Positions 26,954-35,767 of a stretch of DNA of 64,000 bases are shown here, in pieces. Positions within the stretch are counted from its first letter, which is position 1. Each line of letters starts with the position of its first letter. Below the pieces are notes generated by a model. That model had not been told where the DNA came from and did no database searches. It saw nothing but the letters and a program-made list of their open reading frames with translations. The stretch comes from a virus. Location of the stretch: IMG/VR virus record IMGVR_UViG_3300045988_098585; one strand, written 5' to 3'. The translations under genes and the position numbers were made by a program.

Positions 26954-27340
26954 ATGGATAATTTTAACGCAAAATTAAATTTATTAAAGCTCAAAAGAGC
27001 TGGTGTTATGCAGATTCAAGGACGTGGCGAAGTTCTTCGGTGTCTGGTTATTCCTATTGAAGAGAATAATATCTTTGTAAGCACGGATGATAACAATCGT
27101 CCAAAGGCTGCTTATCTCGACCTTACCGCTTGGGCACTGCAGAACCCTAAGTATGATGAAACTCATATGATTAAGCAGTCGCTACCAAAAGAGGTTCGTG
27201 AGAAAATGACAGACGAGGAAAAGAAGGCGATGCCTATTCTTGGTGGCATGAGGCCAGCGAGCTTCGAGGTTCAGAATGCAGCTACTACTTGTGATGCTCC
27301 TTTTGCACAAACGCAGAATTCGGATGATTTGCCATTCTGA
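26954..27340 (+). CDS. hypothetical protein
   Basis: Track ORF 26900..27340 begins at a TTG inside the tRNA-like element. Start moved to the first ATG at 26954 (MDNFNAKLNLLK). Confidence 0.5.
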   Translation: MDNFNAKLNLLKLKRAGVMQIQGRGEVLRCLVIPIEENNIFVSTDDNNRPKAAYLDLTAWALQNPKYDETHMIKQSLPKEVREKMTDEEKKAMPILGGMRPASFEVQNAATTCDAPFAQTQNSDDLPF

Positions 27341-27392
27341 GTAAAGGTGTTATTAGATAATGGTTTTAAATTAGTTTTAGATTATTAGAAAT

Positions 27393-27884
27393 ATGCGTAG
27401 TATAACGAGTAATTGGTTTGAGGTAGGAATCCGCTACCAAAAGACCCAAGAAGATGGTTCGGAGAAATCTGTGACCGAAAAGTATGCGATTGATGCCTTA
27501 TCCTTCACGGAAGGTGAGAGCGCAATCACAGAGGAAATGGCTGCTTATATCAGCGGCGAGTTCAAGGTTAAGTCGATGCAAGAGGCTTCATACAGAGAGG
27601 TGTTCTTCTCTGATAAGGATGATGATGATTGCTGGTACAAGGCGAAATTGCAATTCATTTCCTTTGATGATAAGTCAAATAAGGAGAAGCGTAGTAACGT
27701 GACTTATCTCGTACAGGCAAAGTCTATGCACCGAGCAATAAGTAACATTGATGAGGTGATGAAAAAGACCATGATAGAATATGAAATCATTGGTCTCAGT
27801 AAAACCAACGTGTACGATGTATTCGAACATAAGACAAAGGAGGAGAAGGAACAGAAGTCTAATGAAGAAAAAAGGGAGGAGTAA
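27393..27884 (+). CDS. DUF4494-like protein
   Basis: WFEVGIRYQKTQEDGSEKSVTEKYAIDALSFTEGESAITEEM...CWYKAKLQFISFDD...TYLVQAKS resembles the Bacteroidota DUF4494 family. Confidence 0.5.
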   Translation: MRSITSNWFEVGIRYQKTQEDGSEKSVTEKYAIDALSFTEGESAITEEMAAYISGEFKVKSMQEASYREVFFSDKDDDDCWYKAKLQFISFDDKSNKEKRSNVTYLVQAKSMHRAISNIDEVMKKTMIEYEIIGLSKTNVYDVFEHKTKEEKEQKSNEEKREE

Positions 27885-27887
27885 AAC

Positions 27888-28421
27888 ATGGCAAGACCTA
27901 AAAAAAATGCTGTAGAACAGCCTTTAGGACTGAACGGCGATAAATTATCAACAGAGAATAATAACGCCCATCAGAGCCAGGAAAATGCGGCTCAGCAGGA
28001 AAGTAACGGACAAGTTAAGGAGTCTGAGGAAGATAAAATTCCTTTGGAAGTAACAGATGGCGTTCCGTTGCCTATCTATAATAGCAATAATTCGTTTGTT
28101 ATCTATGCCCCAAACGATATTGAAGCCCATAAAGGACAATTATTAGTAAAGACGGGTATTACGCTCAAAGAGGGTTATAGTGGTCTAATTACTCCTATCA
28201 TAGAGAATGCTCTCCAAGGTATCCCTACGGAAACCGATTATCGTTTACAGCACTCTGGCGTAATTTCTACATATGTCAAGGAAGGAGAAGAGGTAAGACT
28301 CGTGCTCTCTATTAACGATGAGACAATGATACAAGAGCAAACGAACTTCGGTTCACGCACTCGCAATCTTATTATTCCGAAAGGTGTTCCGCTCGCTATT
28401 CTTCTTGTATATAAATTATAG
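27888..28421 (+). CDS. hypothetical protein
   Basis: 177-aa ORF, acidic/polar N-terminus and beta-rich C-terminus. Confidence 0.45.
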   Translation: MARPKKNAVEQPLGLNGDKLSTENNNAHQSQENAAQQESNGQVKESEEDKIPLEVTDGVPLPIYNSNNSFVIYAPNDIEAHKGQLLVKTGITLKEGYSGLITPIIENALQGIPTETDYRLQHSGVISTYVKEGEEVRLVLSINDETMIQEQTNFGSRTRNLIIPKGVPLAILLVYKL

Positions 28422-28429
28422 TCAAACTT

Positions 28430-28458
28430 GCGGATGGCATAGAGGGTATGTCATCCGC
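28430..28458 (+). terminator. hairpin (weak terminator)
   Basis: GCGGATG..CATCCGC stem with no strong T tract. Confidence 0.3.
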
Positions 28459-28473
28459 TAAAACCTGAATATA

Positions 28474-28689
28474 ATGAACAATATTGATAAAACAGAAAAG
28501 TTAAGAAAGCTGATTGAGATAAATAATGCGTACCGAAAGATTAGGAAAGACAATCTCGTCTACGAGGTTGAAATTCATTGTGTTGGCGGTACATACATGA
28601 TTAAGAATCAGCAGATTAACTCCAAGATTATAGATATGCTTATAAAAGAATCTCAAAAGCTGATAGAAAGTGAGGCGAATAATGGTTAA
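28474..28689 (+). CDS. hypothetical protein
   Basis: 71-aa ORF. Confidence 0.4.
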   Translation: MNNIDKTEKLRKLIEINNAYRKIRKDNLVYEVEIHCVGGTYMIKNQQINSKIIDMLIKESQKLIESEANNG

Positions 28690-28906
28690 AAAAGTAGTTA
28701 TTGTTAAGCTCAAAAAGATAAAAAAGGAGGAGGTTTTTCTTACTTGCCCAGAGATTTACCTTAAGCACAATAAGGAAGAACTCGGAATATGTCTTAATGC
28801 GCTATGGAATGCGCTATCGAAGAATAATGGTCGCTACGAAAATCGTCATTGTGTGGTCTATTACCGCAATAACGACAAATCATTAAAAACTGTTGTATGG
28901 GACTAA
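28682..28906 (+). CDS. hypothetical protein
   Basis: ATG 28682 overlaps the previous stop (AATAATGGTTAA). Confidence 0.4.
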   Translation: MVKKVVIVKLKKIKKEEVFLTCPEIYLKHNKEELGICLNALWNALSKNNGRYENRHCVVYYRNNDKSLKTVVWD

Positions 28907-29403
28907 AACCGAAAAGAAATGATGGAAAGTTCTGCGTTGTGTATCCGCACTCGTTGGATGACAACCTTCTCTCTATGTATGCGCAAGGTATGAGTATTCC
29001 TGAGATTAGCAAAGAAAAAGGAATGTCATGTGATACAATCAGAAGAAGACTCACCTCTAAGGGTGCTAATCTTTCCGCTGTTCGGTATATATCATCTAAG
29101 GGTGGGTACAGGAAGAGCGGCCGAAATATTCCATGGACAGACGAAATGGTCAAAAAACTCATAGAGTTATATCCGACACATACAAACATAGAGATAGCAG
29201 AGATTCTTCAATTAACAGAGAGGCAGGTAATAAGAAAAAGCCGTACATTGAAGCTTTATAAAGATGCCGAATGGTTAAAGAATCGTCACAAAGAACATAT
29301 CTATCTTGCATCGATAATCAGTCGCAAAAGCAAAAAACATTTTTCCTTTCAAAAAGGCAATACATACGGAAAGGAGTATTGGGAACGGATAAAATCACTT
29401 TAA
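28897..29403 (+). CDS. DNA-binding protein with two HTH-like motifs
   Basis: GMSIPEISKEKGMSCDTIRRRLTSKG and THTNIEIAEILQLTERQVIRKSRTL. Confidence 0.45.
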   Translation: MGLKPKRNDGKFCVVYPHSLDDNLLSMYAQGMSIPEISKEKGMSCDTIRRRLTSKGANLSAVRYISSKGGYRKSGRNIPWTDEMVKKLIELYPTHTNIEIAEILQLTERQVIRKSRTLKLYKDAEWLKNRHKEHIYLASIISRKSKKHFSFQKGNTYGKEYWERIKSL

Positions 29404-29413
29404 AACTTAAAAT

Positions 29414-30112
29414 ATGGAAAAAAATAAAGATTTACCAAAAGAGGAGCAGCTTCGGATGGTGCTACGTAACTACGACAAAAAGCAATCCGAGTGTGATTCT
29501 CTCAAGAAAGAAAACGCAGAGTTGAAAAAACGACTTGAAGTCAAAGAAAAGCATTTCAAGGAAGAATTAGAGAAGAAGGATATTCTTTATACGAACATGC
29601 TCAAACACTTCAACGAGAAAAAGAATATCGATGGGGAAGATTGGGAGCATCAGTATAAAGTTCTCAGAACCCAATACTTACAACGTGGAGAGAAAGTTAC
29701 CAGTCAGGCAAACAAAATCTCAAAACTTACAAGCGAGTTACAAAAAACGAAGAATATTTTAGATTCCGTTAGGGGTACTATTTTCCGCACATACAACAAA
29801 ATTGAAGATTTCTGCTCAGATGCTATTGCCGGTCATGAGGAAATAACACCAAAGAAGGAAGAAGAGATAACGATATATGGTATTAATGCCGAAATGAGCA
29901 CGCAAGAAAGGAAATTTATATGCTATGTGCGTGAACTTATTGAAAGCTTTAGAAAAAACGGCTCTCTTAGAGGTATCGCCATGATAGGAAGAGGGTATGG
30001 TGTCAGCACCCTAACTAAGGAACAATTCTTTAGATTTGGATTGCACGAGGACAAAGAGTTTACGGACGAATACCTCCTTGGATTGTACGAAAAGGCAAAA
30101 AAACATTTGTAA
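29414..30112 (+). CDS. coiled-coil protein
   Basis: 232-aa ORF with a K/E-rich helical N-terminal half. Confidence 0.45.
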   Translation: MEKNKDLPKEEQLRMVLRNYDKKQSECDSLKKENAELKKRLEVKEKHFKEELEKKDILYTNMLKHFNEKKNIDGEDWEHQYKVLRTQYLQRGEKVTSQANKISKLTSELQKTKNILDSVRGTIFRTYNKIEDFCSDAIAGHEEITPKKEEEITIYGINAEMSTQERKFICYVRELIESFRKNGSLRGIAMIGRGYGVSTLTKEQFFRFGLHEDKEFTDEYLLGLYEKAKKHL

Positions 30113-30114
30113 TT

Positions 30115-30357
30115 ATGGAAGATATTATAATTAAGCGAGATGGTAATTTCGGCTTCGACGTGTGGCAAGGAAATAAACACAGTAACCATCTTGGGTATGA
30201 TGAAATGTTAGGGCTTATTTCAGCCCTAACAATGCCAGAGAACAGACCTTGCCTTCAATGGATGAAATCTGACGAAGAATGGGAAAAACAATCACAAAGC
30301 AGCCTTTATTTGAAGGTATACGTAAATGTGAGATATGTGGTTGCGAGAAGCCGATAA
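30115..30357 (+). CDS. hypothetical protein, probably the 5' part of a frameshifted zinc-ribbon gene
   Basis: 80-aa ORF. The last ~22 residues look non-native. The -1 frame ORF 30279..30443 continues from the A5 run at 30284..30288. Confidence 0.4.
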   Translation: MEDIIIKRDGNFGFDVWQGNKHSNHLGYDEMLGLISALTMPENRPCLQWMKSDEEWEKQSQSSLYLKVYVNVRYVVARSR

Positions 30358-30443
30358 GCGAATTCTCCAAGTCTCACATGTATCGTTGTAAAACTTGTCA
30401 ATCCGAAATAATGCGTAATATATTCAAAGAAATAAAGAAATGA
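30279..30443 (+). CDS. zinc-ribbon ORF (54 aa) overlapping 30115..30357 in the -1 frame
   Basis: MGKTITKQPLFEGIRKCEICGCEKPISEFSKSHMYRCKTCQSEIMRNIFKEIKK, with two CxxC pairs. Its stop overlaps the next ATG (ATGA). Confidence 0.45.
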   Translation: MGKTITKQPLFEGIRKCEICGCEKPISEFSKSHMYRCKTCQSEIMRNIFKEIKK

Positions 30444-30877
30444 AAAATAAATCAAAGAAATGGTATTTGAAGTATAAAGGGATGATTACTTTCCTGTTGT
30501 ATCTAACATTTTGTCTATGCGCATATATAAATAGACATTTAAATGCATGTTTGTTGCTGATGTTGTTATGTACCCTTTGGGCAGTATTAATGTATTGGAT
30601 GCAAAGCCGCATCAACGATAAACTCGCACAGCATAATGCCGAACTGATGAAGCGGAACGATGATTTATCAAAGCTGTGTGATGACATAGACAAGGATAGA
30701 ACTACACGTCGCATCATTTCATATTTCTATCTGTACAAATACCTCAATGCTCAGAACGATGTCGATTTCTGTAAGCGAAAGATAAATTGTACTGATTATC
30801 TTTCTAAAAAAAGATGGTTGGAATTTATGATTGAAACATATACAGGAATACTTAAAGAAAGAGGGCTGAACGTATGA
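30440..30877 (+). CDS. membrane protein
   Basis: 145-aa ORF with two N-terminal hydrophobic helices. Confidence 0.45.
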   Translation: MKNKSKKWYLKYKGMITFLLYLTFCLCAYINRHLNACLLLMLLCTLWAVLMYWMQSRINDKLAQHNAELMKRNDDLSKLCDDIDKDRTTRRIISYFYLYKYLNAQNDVDFCKRKINCTDYLSKKRWLEFMIETYTGILKERGLNV

Positions 30878-31626
30878 AAGATGTAGAAATATTCAATGAT
30901 AGTTTTCAAAATTATAAGACATGGGGTATTCCACATGCGCAACTTATTTTAACTGACGTACCCTACGTTCTTGGCAAAAACGCTTATGCCTCCAATCCTG
31001 CTTGGTACAAGGATGGTGACAATAAAAACGGAGAAAGTGAGCTGGCTGGTAAGCAGTTCTTTTCTTCTGACAGTGAGTTTCGCCCTGCCGAATTCATGCA
31101 CTTCTGTAGCAAGATGCTTATAAAAGAGCCTAAGCAGTCGGGCAAATCACCTTGTATGATTCTATTTTGTGAGTACGAACAGCAATTTCAGTTTATACAG
31201 CTTGGTAAAAAGTACGGACTGATGCACTATATACCCTTGGTGTTCCGTAAAAACTTCTCTGCTCAAGTTTTAAAAGCAAATATGAAGGTTGTTGGTAATT
31301 GCGAGTATGGTCTTATCCTCTATCGTGATAAATTGCCGAAATTCAATAATAATGGGCAAATGATATTCAATTGCTTTGATTGGGTTAGAGATAATTCAAC
31401 GCCAAAGGTGCATCCTACCCAGAAGCCTGTACCATTGCTCGAAAGGTTGATTGAAATCTTCACAGATAAAGGGGATGTAGTCATTGACCCATGCGCAGGT
31501 TCGGGAACAACTCTTAGAGCTGCTGCGAATTTAGGTCGTAAGGCTTATGGTTTTGAGGTAAATAAGGAGTTTTTTAGAGGAGCAAAAGAAAAAGTATTAT
31601 TAAGTATTGAACCAAGACTATTTTAA
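30874..31626 (+). CDS. DNA methyltransferase (N6-adenine/N4-cytosine, beta-class order IV then I)
   Basis: Motif IV LTDVPYV, then HPTQKPVPLLERLIEIFTDKGDVVIDPCAGSGTTLRAA (catalytic and AdoMet motifs of the N6_N4_Mtase family). Confidence 0.85.
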   Translation: MKDVEIFNDSFQNYKTWGIPHAQLILTDVPYVLGKNAYASNPAWYKDGDNKNGESELAGKQFFSSDSEFRPAEFMHFCSKMLIKEPKQSGKSPCMILFCEYEQQFQFIQLGKKYGLMHYIPLVFRKNFSAQVLKANMKVVGNCEYGLILYRDKLPKFNNNGQMIFNCFDWVRDNSTPKVHPTQKPVPLLERLIEIFTDKGDVVIDPCAGSGTTLRAAANLGRKAYGFEVNKEFFRGAKEKVLLSIEPRLF

Positions 31627-31628
31627 TT

Positions 31629-32030
31629 ATGAAGTACGATGAGTTTTTAAAGAAGGAGTCTGCTCGAAAGTCAAGAGCAACCCCTCGACACGAAGAGTCT
31701 CATATACAGATACAGATGGTGAACTGGTTTCGCTTACAATATCCATCATACATTATCGCTGCCATCCCCAATGGTGGACGGAGAAATGCAATTGAAGCAA
31801 AGATAATGAAAGGAGAGGGTGTGTTGGCTGGTTTTTCTGACCTTATTGTCGTTGCATTCAATAGTATCCTTTTTGTTGAGGTTAAAACAGAAAAAGGAAA
31901 GCAGAGCGCATCACAGAAATGGTTTCAGTCTAATATTGAAAGATTAGGTTTTCAATACTCTGTTTGTCGTTCTTTGCAAGATTTTCAGTTAACAGTTGAG
32001 CGGTGGCTTAAAGCTAAATTTTCCGTGTAA
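31629..32030 (+). CDS. VRR-NUC domain nuclease
   Basis: GFSDLIVVAFNSILFVEVKTEKGKQSASQKWFQSNIERLGF matches the VRR-NUC D..EVK..Q signature. Confidence 0.75.
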   Translation: MKYDEFLKKESARKSRATPRHEESHIQIQMVNWFRLQYPSYIIAAIPNGGRRNAIEAKIMKGEGVLAGFSDLIVVAFNSILFVEVKTEKGKQSASQKWFQSNIERLGFQYSVCRSLQDFQLTVERWLKAKFSV

Positions 32031-32059
32031 TTAATTAAAGAACAACATTTAAGTCTAAA

Positions 32060-32171
32060 ATAATATTAAATACTAATAGATGTTAATAAGGAAGTTGCTT
32101 ATCTGAAAACAAAATATTAATTTTGCGGTATAATTAATTAATAACAACAATTAAATTTAGGAGATACAACA
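32060..32171 (+). promoter_or_regulatory. early promoter-leader cassette copy 2
   Basis: GTTG 32094..32097, N20, TAATTTTG 32118..32125, then the leader AATTAATAACAACAATTAAATTTAGGAGATACAACAATG. Confidence 0.65.
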
Positions 32172-32354
32172 ATGAAAGTTACAATGATTAACGGAAAGGT
32201 AGTAGAAGCTAACGTTTTTGATTACGTTGCTCAGATTTACGAAGGTGGTAAATGGCAAACGGTTGCCGTTAGCCCAGACTATTCAGAGGTTGAAAAGAAA
32301 CGTAAAGAGTATGCCGTTAAAGGTTACTATAACAGAATTGAACAACTAAACTAA
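32172..32354 (+). CDS. hypothetical protein
   Basis: 60-aa ORF with the shared initiation motif. Confidence 0.5.
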   Translation: MKVTMINGKVVEANVFDYVAQIYEGGKWQTVAVSPDYSEVEKKRKEYAVKGYYNRIEQLN

Positions 32355-32379
32355 TTAATAATATATAGGAGATACAACA

Positions 32380-32766
32380 ATGATGACAAAGGAAGAAGAA
32401 ATCAAGCATCTTGTAGCCTTGATGGGTAAGGGCTGCGGTGACACATACTTCAATCAGTTCTTTAGCATCTGCGACATCGAGCGGATGATAGAGAATATCA
32501 AAGATGATTTTGCTATCGAGATGGGTTGCTCATTCGTCAAGAAGGCAGAGGTGCTTGAGAAGAAGTTGCATGAGGAACAGAAAGCCCACGACCAGGATAT
32601 GCTTGACTTCGTTGAGGAGATGCTTATAACAGAAGCACAGGGTGGCAATTCACTCAATGTTGCAATGAAGAAAATCGGAATGGATAACACCATTAAGATA
32701 AAGCGCAAGAATAAGATTGCGCTCAGCGAGGAGGAGATTGATTATTTGGTTTCAAAACTTGATTAA
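32380..32766 (+). CDS. hypothetical protein
   Basis: 128-aa ORF. GGAGATAC at 32368..32375. Confidence 0.5.
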   Translation: MMTKEEEIKHLVALMGKGCGDTYFNQFFSICDIERMIENIKDDFAIEMGCSFVKKAEVLEKKLHEEQKAHDQDMLDFVEEMLITEAQGGNSLNVAMKKIGMDNTIKIKRKNKIALSEEEIDYLVSKLD

Positions 32767-32785
32767 CAAATAAGGAGATACAATA

Positions 32786-33016
32786 ATGATTACAATTATC
32801 AACAGATATACTGGCGAGGTTATTACTAAGTACTCTGGGGCTTTGGTTAGCGAATCAAATGTTGATTCTTTCGTCGCTAACGTAAAGGGTTCAGGTACGT
32901 TCAGAGGACGTTGGAATGCTATCGTGGAAGTATTCATTCCTCTGAAAGGCTTGAATGCAACGCAATGCCTTCTTAAAAGCCAATATGCGGTAAAAGAATG
33001 CATGGATAAGAAATAA
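32786..33016 (+). CDS. hypothetical protein
   Basis: 76-aa ORF. GGAGATAC at 32774..32781. Confidence 0.5.
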   Translation: MITIINRYTGEVITKYSGALVSESNVDSFVANVKGSGTFRGRWNAIVEVFIPLKGLNATQCLLKSQYAVKECMDKK

Positions 33017-33043
33017 TTAATTTTAAATATAGGAGATACAGTT

Positions 33044-33256
33044 ATGGCATTAGCAGTTTCATGTCACGGAGTTAAGAAGCTTGTTGAGGATATTAACAAG
33101 CTGTACGGAAAGCATATTGTAACCGCAAAATTACAGAAAGACGGATGGGTCATCCTTGTAGGAGAGGAAATCCGAATTATGTCGAGGCCTTGTGAAGCGG
33201 TTCAATTCCTTGATGGATTGAAATGTATGGCCAAGATTATGAAAGATAGTTTTTAA
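33044..33256 (+). CDS. hypothetical protein
   Basis: 70-aa ORF. GGAGATAC at 33032..33039. Confidence 0.5.
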   Translation: MALAVSCHGVKKLVEDINKLYGKHIVTAKLQKDGWVILVGEEIRIMSRPCEAVQFLDGLKCMAKIMKDSF

Positions 33257-33266
33257 TTTAACAATC

Positions 33267-33286
33267 GGGCAGCGTAATTGCTGCCC
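33267..33286 (+). terminator. hairpin GGGCAGC-GTAATT-GCTGCCC between genes
   Basis: Perfect 7-bp stem with a weak T tract, immediately upstream of the next initiation motif. Confidence 0.35.
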
Positions 33287-33309
33287 ATAAAGATAGGAGA
33301 TACAATATA

Positions 33310-33606
33310 ATGGAAAATGTAGTAAAATTTGATATGTGTAGCAATGAAAAGGTAAGACAAGAAATAGCCAATCACCCAAATTATAAGGTTAGATGGATGG
33401 CTGGTTTTGCTTGGAAAGGTGCTGGTAGCAGAGAACTTAAACGTGAGGGTGAGCGAAAAATTTATTGTCCTGGAGGTTGGTTTGTTGGAACTTTCGAAGA
33501 TGAACTGAATCGTTGCTTAAATTGGGCTTGCGCTCAGGATATAGAGATTAACCATGATAAGAAGGAAATCTTTATCAATGGTTTTAGTGAAAATGATATG
33601 CTTTAA
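33310..33606 (+). CDS. hypothetical protein
   Basis: 98-aa ORF. GGAGATAC at 33296..33303. Confidence 0.5.
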   Translation: MENVVKFDMCSNEKVRQEIANHPNYKVRWMAGFAWKGAGSRELKREGERKIYCPGGWFVGTFEDELNRCLNWACAQDIEINHDKKEIFINGFSENDML

Positions 33607-33617
33607 AATATAGTCTT

Positions 33618-34217
33618 ATGTTTGTAGAATTTAAGAACTTAAACGTAGCATTCGGGAAGGAGTTTCCTTTAGCTTATGTTTATTTTACCAAATACAACGG
33701 TGAGCGTTTTTTAAAAGAACAGGGTGTAGCTTTATCTGGCTCATTCGTCAGCTTTATTCCACTTATTGCAATCGTTGATAACGTGACACGGAAAGTGAGC
33801 AGTGAGATTTTCTTTACTAATTATCGCATTCTTAATGAAGAAGAAGAGAAAGATGCCTTAGATACTCTTAAACGAAGTAATCTTACTATTAACAATAAAG
33901 GTAACATTTCCTTCCTTGATTATAAGCAGATATGTTTTGAGGTGGATGGAAATATCCTTCCTTACGATGACTTCTGTAAGTATGAACTACCAAAAGGAAA
34001 GGTGTTCAAAACAGTCTTTGATAACGGCTATTCTTACTACGGTTCATATCCTTTTAAGGGTGATGCGAAGAAATATGCCGATACGGCTATCAGTGTTGCC
34101 GAGAAAGTCGGTTATCTTTGGGGCGGTTGGACTATGGGCTTTAGTCTTAATAACCTTCTTTGCGTAGATGTTTCTTATGGGAAGGATGAAAGCTATTCTG
34201 AGGTTTCTAATACATAA
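33618..34217 (+). CDS. hypothetical protein
   Basis: 199-aa ORF. Confidence 0.45.
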   Translation: MFVEFKNLNVAFGKEFPLAYVYFTKYNGERFLKEQGVALSGSFVSFIPLIAIVDNVTRKVSSEIFFTNYRILNEEEEKDALDTLKRSNLTINNKGNISFLDYKQICFEVDGNILPYDDFCKYELPKGKVFKTVFDNGYSYYGSYPFKGDAKKYADTAISVAEKVGYLWGGWTMGFSLNNLLCVDVSYGKDESYSEVSNT

Positions 34218-34222
34218 TAGAT

Positions 34223-34573
34223 ATGGAAGATAAGAAATTTATTATCGAAGCTCACGGAGAAGCACCTTACGCTTTGCGCATAAACGAGGGTTATGAGCTT
34301 GTAAGTAACGATAGGACTATGCGCCTTTTAATCGGTAAAGTGTCATACACTGATGATGATACAGGTCAGCAGGGTAGTATCTTTAGAGTTGCATGTTTTG
34401 TTCGTGAGGATGGCGGTTGGATAAAGACAAGCGAAGAATCTCTTACAAAGACCATAACGGACTACGTCAAGCAACTGAATAAATCTTTGCAATTCACGAA
34501 GGCTGTGAAGGAGTATAGAGAACAGATGGATATATCCGACCAGTGGTCAACACAGAATATGCGATTAGAATGA
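34223..34573 (+). CDS. hypothetical protein
   Basis: 116-aa ORF. Confidence 0.45.
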   Translation: MEDKKFIIEAHGEAPYALRINEGYELVSNDRTMRLLIGKVSYTDDDTGQQGSIFRVACFVREDGGWIKTSEESLTKTITDYVKQLNKSLQFTKAVKEYREQMDISDQWSTQNMRLE

Positions 34574-34648
34574 GTTTTATTTTATTCATGTCATCACTAT
34601 GCGTTATAAGCATAGTATTGATACATTTTCTTCATCGTGAAAGATAAT

Positions 34649-35503
34649 ATGATTATGAAAGATATGTTAACTAATAACAATCGAGCAACCGACAGTTCGA
34701 TAGTTTCGCCAAGGCGAATACAGGTCGAGGTCTGCGGTTATAAATCAATAATTAATGTTCCATATGATATGTCAGAAGAGCGGTTGCAAGAAGCCCTTGA
34801 TAATGCCTATTCGATGCTCGTTCAAAGCTGCTATATGGAATATATCCTTGCGGATAATTTTCTTATCATTGCCAAAGATATATTCGTTAGGAAAAAGATA
34901 TTTCGCTTTAATATTAAAAAGTTTTTCGTTGATTGTCAGTCTGATATAAGAAAAACAATGAAAATATACAAGATGCACATGGATGACGATTATTATGATG
35001 AATATTCGTCAATTCTATACGGAAAGGTATCTGATGTGATTGAACATATGCGTAAACTCATTGAGGATAAGCTCAGAAACCTTCATTCTAAATGCAATCC
35101 GTATATAGCTTCTTATGCAATAATGATGCAAAACCTTGTACAGCAAGTTGATGATACTTACAAGAATGTAATGGATTCGTTAAAGAAAAGATATAATGTT
35201 GACCTGTCAAAGGTATTCGATAAATACCGCTCTCGGCTTGCCTTTACAATGGTAGACAACCTTTTGTATGCAATTATGCAGAGTGATGCTGATAAGTTCA
35301 CAGACAATATTGTCAATAATAAGAAGATACTTGCTCTGTGGTCAGAGGTAACCAAGCGATTGTATAGCCCAAAGAATCTGAAAGAGGCTCGCTTGTCGGC
35401 TTTCTATAGTATGCCGAAAGAGTATCAATCTTTGTACACCCTGAATGAGGATGGCACTTGCGAGCCAAAGGAGGGTGTATCTAAATGGAAGAAAGGAGCG
35501 TAG
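34649..35503 (+). CDS. hypothetical protein
   Basis: Track ORF starts at GTG 34637. The first ATG is at 34649 (MIMKDML). Confidence 0.45.
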   Translation: MIMKDMLTNNNRATDSSIVSPRRIQVEVCGYKSIINVPYDMSEERLQEALDNAYSMLVQSCYMEYILADNFLIIAKDIFVRKKIFRFNIKKFFVDCQSDIRKTMKIYKMHMDDDYYDEYSSILYGKVSDVIEHMRKLIEDKLRNLHSKCNPYIASYAIMMQNLVQQVDDTYKNVMDSLKKRYNVDLSKVFDKYRSRLAFTMVDNLLYAIMQSDADKFTDNIVNNKKILALWSEVTKRLYSPKNLKEARLSAFYSMPKEYQSLYTLNEDGTCEPKEGVSKWKKGA

Positions 35504-35506
35504 GGT

Positions 35507-35674
35507 ATGGATAGAGAAGATATGCGTAAGCTGATTTCGTGGGGTAATGAATGCTCTAAGTACACAAAGAAGAAGCTATCTGAGATAACTGTTCAAGAAT
35601 GCCTTGATTTTTGTCACTTTATGATATGGAATAAGCATAACTTTGCCCCACCAATTATATACTATAAGAGTTAG
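35507..35674 (+). CDS. small hypothetical protein (55 aa)
   Basis: MDREDMRKLISWGNECSKYTKKKLSEITVQECLDFCHFMIWNKHNFAPPIIYYKS. Starts 4 nt after the previous stop. Below the track cutoff. Confidence 0.4.
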   Translation: MDREDMRKLISWGNECSKYTKKKLSEITVQECLDFCHFMIWNKHNFAPPIIYYKS

Positions 35675-35708
35675 ATTCTCATTTTATCTTAATATATGTT
35701 GTATCTCT

Positions 35709-35736
35709 GGGAGTGGCGGTTTCGGCTGCTGCTCCC
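35709..35736 (+). terminator. GC-rich hairpin (GGGAG..CTCCC) ending the gene block
   Basis: GGGAGTGGCGGTTTCGGCTGCTGCTCCC followed by TTCT. Preceded by TGTTGTATCTC (35697..35707), which is complementary to the early initiation motif. Confidence 0.4.
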
Positions 35737-35767
35737 TTCTAAAAGAAAAAATTAAATTAAAAAGTAT

